A DNA stretch of 47,563 nt from a bacterium (GTDB lineage Bacteria > JADJOY01): assembly GCA_046331705.1 (NCBI GenBank), contig JAXLQJ010000057.1, forward strand, positions 1-47,563, read 5' to 3'. Positions 1-8,783 of the stretch are shown piece by piece (within the stretch, counting starts at the first letter, position 1; the number at the start of each line of letters is the position of its first letter). The position numbers and the translations under genes were made by a program. Below the pieces are notes generated by a model, which saw nothing but the letters and a program-made list of their open reading frames with translations, searched no databases and was not told where the DNA came from.

Positions 1-948
1 CAGGTACGCTTGCACGAGGATCCTCCGAGCGGCGCTCGCATCGCCACGCGCGTAGGCACTCACTCCGTCCCGGAGATCCTGGCGCGCGAGAGCGAACCGG
101 CTCTCCTCGTCTCGCTCGAACGGTGCCCGGCCCCGCAGCCACGCGAGGACCGCTTCGCCCTGATCCGACGGAAGATTGGGAAACGCCGCGAGGATCTCCC
201 GCTCCGTGAGCTGCGACAAACGGCTCGCCGTGGCCGCGACGGGGTTTCCGGCCTCGGCCATGATCCGGCGTCCCACTTCGCTCTTCCCGCTCTGGTGCCG
301 TAGCGCGAGCACGTAGAAGGCGAGGTCCCAGCGATCGGACGCAGCCACCGTGTCGAACGACGGCATGGCGGTGCCCTTCACGCCGAACGTGAGGGCATGG
401 AAGGCGCGAAAGGGCGACACCTCCGCTACCCGCTCACGATCGAGGAAGTTCGCGGGATGGGGATCGAGCGTGGCTGCCTTGGTGGTCTGTGCGTCACCGC
501 GCTCGCCGTGACAATCGACGCAGCCGAGCTCGCGGTAGAGCTGGCGCGCCCTTGCGAGATCCGGCACCCCGGCAGGCTCGAGCACGAGCCCTTGCTCTTC
601 CACAATCCGGCGCCGCAGCGAACGGCACGCCTCGTGGACCGTGTCAGGACGGGCGTGCTCCGCGAGCAACCGCGCGAGCTGGCTCAGGTCTCGGCGAACC
701 GGATCCTCCTCAGAGAGACCAGCCTCTCCGGCGAGCTGGCCCGCGTCCGTAACCAGAGACGCTTGCTCGTGGTACTCGCTTTCGTCCGTAATGGTGCCGT
801 CCGCTCCGACGGCACCCGCATAATCGGACGCGATGTAGTCGAGGATCCCCACCACCTGCCGGAGTTCCGACTCGTCCACGGCGTGCGCAGCGGGCGTCGA
901 GATCACGAACACCACGAGTGCGGCGATCGCGATCCGCCGCGCGAGCAT
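1..948 (-). CDS. Cytochrome c / FTR1-family iron or lead permease (PbrT-like), N-terminal part; runs off the window edge
   Basis: Not in the ORF track; translated manually: MLARRIAIAALVVFVISTPAAHA (signal peptide), then ILDYIASDYAGAV..ESEYHEQ, heme motif CVDCHG, GVKGTAMPSF..RWDLAFYV and LVQAYL at the edge. These match the N-terminus of PbrT/FTR1-cytochrome c fusions. The FTR1 domain itself would lie outside the window. Confidence 0.8.
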   Translation of the reverse strand, partial: MLARRIAIAALVVFVISTPAAHAVDESELRQVVGILDYIASDYAGAVGADGTITDESEYHEQASLVTDAGQLAGEAGLSEEDPVRRDLSQLARLLAEHARPDTVHEACRSLRRRIVEEQGLVLEPAGVPDLARARQLYRELGCVDCHGERGDAQTTKAATLDPHPANFLDRERVAEVSPFRAFHALTFGVKGTAMPSFDTVAASDRWDLAFYVLALRHQSGKSEVGRRIMAEAGNPVAATASRLSQLTEREILAAFPNLPSDQGEAVLAWLRGRAPFERDEESRFALARQDLRDGVSAYARGDASAARRILVQAYL

Positions 949-991
949 GTGGGCGATCGGTGCGGGCTGCACAGGACCTCGGGTCGAGGCG

Positions 992-1411
992 TCAACCACG
1001 GGTGCGCCTTCGCTCACGTGCAGGGACCTCGAGCGCGCTGAGGATCGAACAGTCGCGCGTCGGCCGATCTCCACGGCAGGACTCGACGAGCTCCCGAAGC
1101 GAAGCCTCGATCGCGCGCAGGTCGCGGATCTTCTCCCGAATCGCTTTCGCCTTTTCCGCCGCCGCCTCGCGGATCGCTGAGCAATCCGCGGTTTCGTCAC
1201 TCCGCAGGCGAAGCAGGTCTCGGATCTCGTCGAGCGTGAACCCCAGGCGCTGCGCACGCTTGATGAATTGCACCCGCTGCACCGTCTCCGCCGGATATTC
1301 GCGATAGCCCGAGGGCCGCCGCTCGGGTTGCGGCACGAGATTGCAGCGCTCGTAGTACCGAAGCGTCTGGACGCGCACACCGGCCTGTTGCGCGACGTCA
1401 CCGATCTTCAC
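992..1411 (-). CDS. MerR-family heavy-metal-responsive transcriptional regulator
   Basis: GTG start after GAGGGG. MKIGDVAQQAGVRVQTLRYYER..SGYREY..FIKRAQRLGFTLDEIRDLL; three Cys (ADCSA, ESCRG..RDCSIL) as in divalent-metal MerR/PbrR/CadR. Confidence 0.92.
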   Translation of the reverse strand: MKIGDVAQQAGVRVQTLRYYERCNLVPQPERRPSGYREYPAETVQRVQFIKRAQRLGFTLDEIRDLLRLRSDETADCSAIREAAAEKAKAIREKIRDLRAIEASLRELVESCRGDRPTRDCSILSALEVPARERRRTRG

Positions 1412-1439
1412 GGGAGATCCCCTCGAACGTATCGCTTCG

Positions 1440-1471
1440 AGTATCGACTCTATACCCAGGTGTAGGGTCAA
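1440..1471 (-). promoter_or_regulatory. MerR-type promoter/operator with long spacer
   Basis: Minus strand reads TTGACC-N20-GATACT. Dyad TCGACTCTATACC-CA-GGTGTAGGGTCAA (10/13 match) at 1444-1471, just upstream of merR. Confidence 0.75.
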
Positions 1472-1755
1472 GAGCGGAGAGGTGCGATTCGGAAACTCCA
1501 ACGGACGCTGGGCGCGCGTCACCGAACAGCCGCGATCACCCGGCACGTCGTAGCCGCCGAGAAACGTACCCATTTGGACTCCTGCATCGGCATCGGCTCG
1601 TGTCCCCCGCGAAACGCCTGGGTCCCCAGGGCGCGGTTCTTGCGTTGATGGCGGGCGTCGGAGATGTGCTGGTCCTGACCGCGGGAGTGCGACCTAATTC
1701 TCCGCACGGCCGCGAGGGGTCGGCGCACCGAAACCACGGCCAAGGAGCCGCCAAC

Positions 1756-2457
1756 ATGGTCGAGAAGAACACTGGAGTCTCACGGAGCTTAATGGCGGCC
1801 TTCATCGTCGCGCTGGCCCTCGGAGCCGGGATTGGGTGCGGCGGCTCGAACGGTAACGGGGCGAGTCTGATCTACCCCGCGTTCGCCGACGACAACGGCG
1901 ACGGCATCAACGACTTCGTCGAGGCCTCCACACACGACCCCGGTGCCACACCCCGAATGATGGGTCCCGGCATGGGGCCAGGAATGGGCCCAGGAAACGG
2001 GCCAGGCTGGCCGTCGAGCCCGGTTTCACCTGGCGCGTGGGCACCAGCAGGCCACCCGTTCGTCGACGCGAACCACGACGGCATTTGCGACTACGCCCAG
2101 AACGGCAGCGGCACCTGGCACGGGCCGGGTTTCGTCGACCAGAACGGAGACGGATTCCCCGATTACTGGCAGCCCGGCAGCGCGTCCTATGGAATGAACG
2201 GCGGGATGATGTTCATCGACCGCAACGGGAACGGCATCAACGACTACGTCGAGCAGCAAGGGCACCAAGGGTACGGCCACGATTTCGTGGATCGGAACCA
2301 CGATGGTATCTGCGACTACGCGCAATCCGGCCGGATCGACACCTGGCACGGACCGAACTTCGCCGACCAGGATCACAACGGCACTTGCGATTGGTGGCAG
2401 CAGGGCCAGCCCGGCTGGTGGTACATGGGACCCGGTGGATGGTGTCCGGGCTGGTGA
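1756..2457 (+). CDS. Putative lipoprotein with six DxNxDG/DxDxNG metal-binding loops and a Met-rich segment
   Basis: AAGGAG RBS, ATG at 1756, hydrophobic stretch then lipobox-like GIGC. Loops DDNGDG, DANHDG, DQNGDG, DRNGNG, DRNHDG, DQDHNG; also MMGPGMGPGMGPG. Confidence 0.75.
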   Translation: MVEKNTGVSRSLMAAFIVALALGAGIGCGGSNGNGASLIYPAFADDNGDGINDFVEASTHDPGATPRMMGPGMGPGMGPGNGPGWPSSPVSPGAWAPAGHPFVDANHDGICDYAQNGSGTWHGPGFVDQNGDGFPDYWQPGSASYGMNGGMMFIDRNGNGINDYVEQQGHQGYGHDFVDRNHDGICDYAQSGRIDTWHGPNFADQDHNGTCDWWQQGQPGWWYMGPGGWCPGW

Positions 2458-2538
2458 CGGCCATCCAGCCGTTCACGGCCCGCAGTCGTCGCCTCCCCAC
2501 TCAAGCCGGTGCGCCGGCGGCGTGGTAAGCCCGTTCTC

Positions 2539-2862
2539 GTGCTGCTCCGCACCAGCTTGCTCTTCGTGCTCACCGCGATCTGCGAGATCGTGGGGTGCTT
2601 CCTGCCCTACCTGTGGATCAGGCGCAACGGTTCGCCGTGGCTCCTCGCTCCCGCCGCCGGATCACTAGCGCTGTTCGCCTGGCTGCTCACGCTCCACCCC
2701 ACCGGTGCAGGTCGAACGTACGCGGCGTACGGCGGCGTCTACGTGGCGACCGCCGTCGCGTGGCTTTGGCTCGTCGAGGGCCAGCAGCCGGATCGGTGGG
2801 ACCTCGTGGGTGCTTCCGTGTGCATCGCCGGGATGGCGATCATCGTGCTCGCGCATCGTTGA
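2539..2862 (+). CDS. ynfA: YnfA/UPF0060 family small membrane protein
   Basis: [47 protein letters not shown] signature; start codon approximate. Confidence 0.9.
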   Translation: MLLRTSLLFVLTAICEIVGCFLPYLWIRRNGSPWLLAPAAGSLALFAWLLTLHPTGAGRTYAAYGGVYVATAVAWLWLVEGQQPDRWDLVGASVCIAGMAIIVLAHR

Positions 2863-3241
2863 GCCGATGAGAGCGCCGTCATAGCCGAGCGGTGTTCGGG
2901 ACGGTCCTCCGAACAGGATCGGTGGCCAGCGCGGTCCACCGTGCCGGCGTGCACCGGGAAACGTTCACCCTGCGAATGCCATCTAGCGTCACATCTCGGA
3001 GCTGTACGGGCGCCCAACCCTCGAGCGTCTCAGGGAGCGCTTACCGAGCGCGTGCGGAACCTCCGGGCGGCGGGCCAGCGAGGACGGCGCCTCCAACCAA
3101 CGGCGAACAGGCGAGAACGGGAGCGCAGCGCCGACTCATGCTTCATCTGTCGTCGACACACGGCGCTGGCGCCTGACGGCTGAGGTGCAATCCCGGTCAG
3201 GGCGACTCGCGACTGTCCCCTGCGTGGCATCGGCCCTCGGC

Positions 3242-4159
3242 CTACCACGAGAGCTTCTCGCATCCTCGATGGTCGTTGGGCTCGACCTGAATCGTCGCGT
3301 GATGGATGCCGAAGCGCTCTTCCAGCAGCGCCTGCGCGGCTAGAAGGAGCTCGCCGAAATCGGTGCCCGGCTTGGCTTTCAGGTGTGCCGACAGCACTTC
3401 CATGTCCGACGTGAGCGTCCAAACGTGCAGATCGTGGACCTCCGCGACTCCCGGCAACAAGCTCAGCTCCCGCTCGACCTTCGCGACGTCGATGTGGGGT
3501 GGCGCCTCCTGGATCAGGATCCGAACGGCTTGCCGCGCCAGTTTCAAGGTGCGCGGCACGATGAAGAGGCCGATACCCGCACCGACGATCGGGTCCACGT
3601 AGGGCCAACCGGTCAGGGCCAACACGGCCGCCGCCACGATCACGCCGACTGACCCGAGCGTGTCCGACAAGACCTCCAGATAGGCACCTTCGACGTTGAT
3701 GCTTTCCTTTGAACCGGACCGTAGGAGAAGGAAGGCCACGATGTTCGCCGCGAGGCCTGCGACTCCCACCACCAGCATCGGGACGCCGAGAACACGCACC
3801 GGCTCACGGAAGCGCTCGACCGCCTCGTAGAGCACGTACCCAGCCACCCCCAAGAGCAGCACAGAGTTCGCGAGCGCCGCGAGGATTTCGAGGCGGTAGA
3901 GCCCGAACGATCGTTGCCGGTTGGTCGTGGAGGTGCTCGCCGCGTGGATGGCTGCCAGCGCCATCGCCAGCCCTGCCACATCGGTAAGCATGTGCCCAGC
4001 ATCCGAGAGCAAGGCCAGGGACCGAGTCAGGACGCCCGCAATGAACTCGATGCCGCAGAAGCTCGCGATCAACGCGAGTGCCCACTTCAAGTGACGTTGA
4101 TAGCGCGCCCCGGCCCGTGTGGCCGCCGAAGCGCTCGCGTGCTCGTGCCCATCCGACAT
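3242..4159 (-). CDS. czcD: Cation diffusion facilitator (CzcD/ZitB-like) metal exporter
   Basis: SLALLSDAGHMLTD, FGLYRLEILAAL, GAYLEVLSDTLGS, VHDLHVW and HATIQVE motifs. Confidence 0.93.
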   Translation of the reverse strand: MSDGHEHASASAATRAGARYQRHLKWALALIASFCGIEFIAGVLTRSLALLSDAGHMLTDVAGLAMALAAIHAASTSTTNRQRSFGLYRLEILAALANSVLLLGVAGYVLYEAVERFREPVRVLGVPMLVVGVAGLAANIVAFLLLRSGSKESINVEGAYLEVLSDTLGSVGVIVAAAVLALTGWPYVDPIVGAGIGLFIVPRTLKLARQAVRILIQEAPPHIDVAKVERELSLLPGVAEVHDLHVWTLTSDMEVLSAHLKAKPGTDFGELLLAAQALLEERFGIHHATIQVEPNDHRGCEKLSW

Positions 4160-4245
4160 GTTTCAGACCGTCAGCCTCGGACGGTCCATCGCCACAATCC
4201 ACTCCACGGTAGCGTCGCGGTCGACGCCACCCCGGATGAAGCGTG

Positions 4246-4683
4246 CTATCGCGCGCTCATGCATGGATCGCTCTCCTTCCGATTGCCGAGAGCTTCACCT
4301 GGCCCGCTTCGATCGTCGGCCTTCTCCACCCACGAGCCAGCCTCCACCGATATGTTCGGATCCACTCGTATCGCAACGCTCGTCGCGTCGAGGAACCCCA
4401 CGACTTCGCCCTCGCCGACTCGGATCGTCTCGCACGACTTATGGAGCTTGACTGGGCGATGTCGCGGTCGCGCTCTACACCGACGCTCGAGGATCGACAC
4501 CCGATCCCCAACCGCAAGCGCAGGCCCCGTAACGGACACGTGCGCAAGACCCCCGGCAATCGCCTCCACCCAGCCGCTCGACCGCGGCGCGCACCCGTTG
4601 CTCGCCCCGACGACTACCACGGCGACCGAGATGGCCGTCGAAATGCATTCTCCCAGTCGGGACACCTTCACCGAGCCGATCAT
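4246..4683 (-). CDS. Hypothetical exported/lipoprotein coupled to czcA
   Basis: ATGA overlap with the czcA stop; hydrophobic stretch then SNGC; beta-rich body with two further Cys. Confidence 0.55.
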   Translation of the reverse strand: MIGSVKVSRLGECISTAISVAVVVVGASNGCAPRSSGWVEAIAGGLAHVSVTGPALAVGDRVSILERRCRARPRHRPVKLHKSCETIRVGEGEVVGFLDATSVAIRVDPNISVEAGSWVEKADDRSGPGEALGNRKESDPCMSAR

Positions 4684-7600
4684 GCTTCCGCCTCCCCGGA
4701 GTCGAGCTCGGTGGTCGGCGGTGGTTCGGGCAGATCGGTCATCGGCTTCCCACCCCTACGCTCGAAGACGTTGTAGAGCGTCGGCAAGATGAAGAGCGTC
4801 AATAGCGTCGAGCTCACCAAGCCCCCGATCACCACTGCCGCCAGCGGCTTCTGGATCTCGCTTCCCGGACCGGTCGCGAAGAGCATCGGGATCAGGCCGA
4901 GCGCCGCAACGCTCGCTGTGATCAGCACCGGCCGCAGCCGCAGCACGGCTCCCTCGATGACCGCCTCCTCGACGGGGCGACGCTGGCGTCGTAGCTCGTT
5001 GAAGTAGCTCACCATCACCACACCGTTGAGCACCGCCACGCCGAAGAGCGCGATGAAGCCGACACTGGCGCTGACGCTCAGGTTGAACCCGCCTACGACG
5101 AGCGCCACGATCCCCCCGATGAGCGCGAAAGGGATGTTGAGCACGATCAAAAGCGACTGCTTCACCGAGTTGAACGAGGTGAAGAGCAACAAGAAGATGA
5201 GCCCGATGGTCGTCGGTACGACCACGGCAAACCGACGCATCGCGCGCTGCTGGTTCTCGAATTGGCCACCCCAAGTCATGAAGTAGCCCGTCGGCAGTCG
5301 CACCGAGGCCTCGATCTTCTCCTTCGCCTCTTTCACGAAGCCTCCAACATCCCGGCCCGTCACGTTGACCTCGATGACGATCCTCCGCTGCGCGTTCTCG
5401 CGGCTGATCTGTGCCGGACCCTCGACCCGCTCGACTCGCGCGAGCTGCCCCAGTGGGATGAGTGCACCCCGTGGTGACGGGATGAGGATGTCTCGGATCG
5501 GTCCGACGTCGTCACGCGCGCTCTCCGGGAAGCGCACCGCGAGGGCGAACGCCTTCTGGCCCTCGTAAACGGTGCTCGCGGTCTTCCCACCGATCGCCAT
5601 CTCGATGACGTCTTGCACGTCCGCGACATTGATCCCGTGCCGAGCGAGCTTGTCACGGTCGATCTCGATGTCGAGGTAGGCGAGGCCGCTTACCTTCTCG
5701 ACGTTGATGTCCGCGGAACCTCGGACCTTCCCGAGCACCTTGGCAATGCCCTCTCCCGCGGTCTTGAGCGCATCGAGATCGTCCCCGAAGACCTTGATGC
5801 CCACCGCTGCCTTGACGCCGCTCACGAGCTCATCGACGCGCAGCGCGATCGGCTGCGAGAAGCTCGACGCCACGCCCGGAAGCTGGGCGAGAGCCTCGCG
5901 CATCTCCTCGACCAGCGCTTCCTTGGTGCGCTCGGCGGGCCACTCCTCGTGCGGCTTGAGCGTCACGATCACGTCGCTGACTTCGACACCCATCGGATCA
6001 GACGCGATGTCGGCTCGACCGGTCTTCGAGACGACGTCGATCACCTCGGGAAAGCGCTTTAGGATTCGCTCGGCGCGCGTCTGTAGCTCGAGCGACTGCC
6101 CGAGCGAAATGCTCGGGATCCGGAACGTCTGCACCGCGATCGACCCCTCATCGAGCGACGGCAGGAACTCCGTACCCAGGCGTGGGACCAGGGCCAGCGC
6201 GCCGGCAAGCCCGAGCAGCGCCGGGACCAGCACCGCCCAGGGACGCCGGACCGCGAACCCGAGAGGTGCCCGGTAGAGTCGCTTCAAGGCGCGGATATGC
6301 ACCGGCTCGACGTGCCCGTGCTGCTCCTTGAGGAAGAGCGTGCAGAGCACCGGAACCAGCGTGAACGACAGCAGGAGCGAACCGAGGAGCGCGAACGAGA
6401 TAGTGAACGCCAGCGGGGCGAACATCTTCCCCTCGAAGCCCTGCAACGTGAAGAGCGGCAGGAACACGACGATGATAATGACGATCCCGAAGACGATCGG
6501 GCGCCCCACCTCCTGCGACCCATAGAGCACGATGGCGCGCTTTCCCGCGTGTCCGGGCGTGTGCCCCTCGCCGCCTTCGGTCAGATGGCGGTGAACGTTC
6601 TCGACCAGCACCACTGCGCCGTCGACCATCATGCCGATGCCGATCGCGAGACCTCCCAGCGACATCAGGTTCGCGCTCAGCCCGTACCAACGCATCATGA
6701 TGAACGCGAAGAGCGCCGCGAGCGGCAACACCAGCGTCACGATCAGGGCGCTTCGCAAGTCGGCGAGCAGCACCACCAGCACGATAAGAACGAAGATTGC
6801 CCCCTCCTGGAGCGCCTTCGTGACGGTGTGAATCGCCTTCCGAACCAGGTCTGTGCGGTCATAGAAGGGCACAAGCTCCACACCCGGCGGGAGTGCCTTC
6901 TGGATCGCAGGCAGGCGATCCTTCACCGCGTTGACGACGTCGCGCCCACTCGCTCCCTTGAGCATGAGCACGATGCCAGCCACCGCTTCGCCTTCCCCGT
7001 TGGATGTCACTGCTCCCTGGCGGAGCTCGGCGCCGATCCCCACGCGCGCTACATCCCGCACATACACAGGCGTGTGCTCGTGGGTCGCGACCACGATGTT
7101 CTCGATGTCGCGGGCGTTCTGCACGAGCCCCAGTCCGCGCACCACGTACTGCTCGGACTTGTGCTCGATGAAGTTGCCGCTCGCGTTCGAGTTGTTCTTC
7201 TCGAGCGCCTCGAACACCTCGCCGAGGCCGAGGCCATACGAGACAAGCCGATCGGGATCGACCACCACCTCGTACTGCTTCACGAAACCACCGAACGAGT
7301 TCACGTCCGTCACGCCAGGAACGGTGCGGAGGATCGGCCGCACGATGTAGTCCTGGATGGTTCTGAGCTCTGTGGCGTCGTAGCCCCCGGTGCGACTCAC
7401 CAGCGTGTACTGGAAGATCTCTCCCAGGCCCGTGGTGATCGGCCCAAGCTCGACCTCGACACCGACCGGCAGGCGATCTCGAGCCGACTGGACCTTCTCC
7501 GACACGAGCTGCCGGGCGAAGTAATCGTCCACGCCATCCTCGAAGCCCACCGTGATCGCGGTGAGACCGATCTTCGAGACCGAGCGCACCTCGGTGAGCC

Positions 7601-7832
7601 GTGGAAGTCCTGCCAACTCGACCTCGATGGGACGGGTGATCAGTTTCTCGACCTCGGGCGGCGACATCCCGCCGGCGGTCGCCAACACCTGGACCTGCAC
7701 GTTGGTCACGTCGGGGAAGGCGTCGATCGGAATCTGTCGCAGAGCGAGGCCACCAAAAGCGATGAGCAGTGCCGTGGCGATGATCACCAGCAGGCGTTGA
7801 TGGACCGCGAAGCTCAGAATGCGGTTGATCAT
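4680..7832 (-). CDS. czcA: CzcA/CusA-family heavy-metal RND efflux transporter
   Basis: 1050 aa; IPIDAFPDVTNVQVQV, ANLMSLGGLAIGIGMMVDGAVVLVEN, RLRPVLITA, GSEIQKPLAAVVIGG. Confidence 0.96.
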   Translation of the reverse strand: MINRILSFAVHQRLLVIIATALLIAFGGLALRQIPIDAFPDVTNVQVQVLATAGGMSPPEVEKLITRPIEVELAGLPRLTEVRSVSKIGLTAITVGFEDGVDDYFARQLVSEKVQSARDRLPVGVEVELGPITTGLGEIFQYTLVSRTGGYDATELRTIQDYIVRPILRTVPGVTDVNSFGGFVKQYEVVVDPDRLVSYGLGLGEVFEALEKNNSNASGNFIEHKSEQYVVRGLGLVQNARDIENIVVATHEHTPVYVRDVARVGIGAELRQGAVTSNGEGEAVAGIVLMLKGASGRDVVNAVKDRLPAIQKALPPGVELVPFYDRTDLVRKAIHTVTKALQEGAIFVLIVLVVLLADLRSALIVTLVLPLAALFAFIMMRWYGLSANLMSLGGLAIGIGMMVDGAVVLVENVHRHLTEGGEGHTPGHAGKRAIVLYGSQEVGRPIVFGIVIIIVVFLPLFTLQGFEGKMFAPLAFTISFALLGSLLLSFTLVPVLCTLFLKEQHGHVEPVHIRALKRLYRAPLGFAVRRPWAVLVPALLGLAGALALVPRLGTEFLPSLDEGSIAVQTFRIPSISLGQSLELQTRAERILKRFPEVIDVVSKTGRADIASDPMGVEVSDVIVTLKPHEEWPAERTKEALVEEMREALAQLPGVASSFSQPIALRVDELVSGVKAAVGIKVFGDDLDALKTAGEGIAKVLGKVRGSADINVEKVSGLAYLDIEIDRDKLARHGINVADVQDVIEMAIGGKTASTVYEGQKAFALAVRFPESARDDVGPIRDILIPSPRGALIPLGQLARVERVEGPAQISRENAQRRIVIEVNVTGRDVGGFVKEAKEKIEASVRLPTGYFMTWGGQFENQQRAMRRFAVVVPTTIGLIFLLLFTSFNSVKQSLLIVLNIPFALIGGIVALVVGGFNLSVSASVGFIALFGVAVLNGVVMVSYFNELRRQRRPVEEAVIEGAVLRLRPVLITASVAALGLIPMLFATGPGSEIQKPLAAVVIGGLVSSTLLTLFILPTLYNVFERRGGKPMTDLPEPPPTTELDSGEAEA

Positions 7833-7835
7833 CGT

Positions 7836-8783
7836 TCACTCCTCTCCCAGCTCGCCCTTCAACATCTCGGACTTGAGGATGAAGCTGCCGTCCGTCACCA
7901 CGGTCTCGCCTTCCCGGACGCCGTCGAGGATCTGTACCTCCCCCTCTTGCTCCTCCCCGACGCGCACGACGCGACGCTCGAAACGATCTGGGCCGAGCGC
8001 CACGAACAGGACTTGATCTCGCTCCTCGGTCTGGAGCGCGCGGTCACTCACGAGCAGCACGTTGGGGACGACCGTGGTCGTGATCTCCAGGTCCGCGAAC
8101 ATCCCCGGCTTGAGCACCCCACGTGGATTCTCGATCTCGGCCCGAATCTCGAGTGTCCTCGAAGCCGCCTCGATCTCGCCCCCCACACGCGCGATGGTGC
8201 AGTGGAAGACTTCGTCGGGATACGGAACCACGCGGAACGCGATCTCCTGACCGGACGCCACGAGCCCTGCGTCGCGCTCTCGGACCTCACCGATCACCCA
8301 GACCCTGGACGAGTCGCTCACCTCGTAGACGTCCGCGCCACGGTCCACCAGCTCGCCCAGCGTGCGGTTTCGCTCGACCACCCGGCCTGCGATCGGCGAC
8401 CGAAGCTCGAGCGGCTTCCCAACCAGCTCGGGAGTCTCGACGAGACCCATGACCTCACCGGCGCGGACCGCGTCGCCGATGTCGAAGTTGAGCCGGATGA
8501 TCCGACCCTCCAGCGTGCTCAGTACCTTCGCGGTGCGGTTCTGGTTGGCCGAGATCCGGCCCGGCACCCGAAGCCGCTTCCGCAGATCCCCTCTCCGCGC
8601 AGACTCGGTGCGGATGGTCGCGTTCGCCAAGGCTTCCTTGGTGAGTGTGACGACGCTCGCTTCCGGCGCGAGCGCGTCTGCGCCGCGCTCCTCGGCCAAG
8701 GCAGTGCCGCATCCGAAGGCGAGCGACATGACGATGAAGAGAACGGGCGTGCGGGGTGCTGCACGGTGACGGCGAGCGTTCAT
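7836..8783 (-). CDS. czcB: RND periplasmic adaptor (CzcB/CusB-like), apparently lacking the alpha-helical hairpin
   Basis: Lipoyl halves GDAVRAGEVM and LRSPIAGRVVER, LKPGMFA, GVREGETVVTDGSFIL; lies between czcC and czcA. Confidence 0.9.
   Translation of the reverse strand: MNARRHRAAPRTPVLFIVMSLAFGCGTALAEERGADALAPEASVVTLTKEALANATIRTESARRGDLRKRLRVPGRISANQNRTAKVLSTLEGRIIRLNFDIGDAVRAGEVMGLVETPELVGKPLELRSPIAGRVVERNRTLGELVDRGADVYEVSDSSRVWVIGEVRERDAGLVASGQEIAFRVVPYPDEVFHCTIARVGGEIEAASRTLEIRAEIENPRGVLKPGMFADLEITTTVVPNVLLVSDRALQTEERDQVLFVALGPDRFERRVVRVGEEQEGEVQILDGVREGETVVTDGSFILKSEMLKGELGEE

Noticed and set aside
1957-2005. Short tandem repeats as a CRISPR array or VNTR
   Set aside because: They are degenerate codons for (MGPG)n inside a CDS; no repeat-spacer array was seen anywhere in the window.
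2870-3240. Possible small gene or remnant between ynfA and czcD
   Set aside because: No frame gives a recognisable protein or a convincing RBS.
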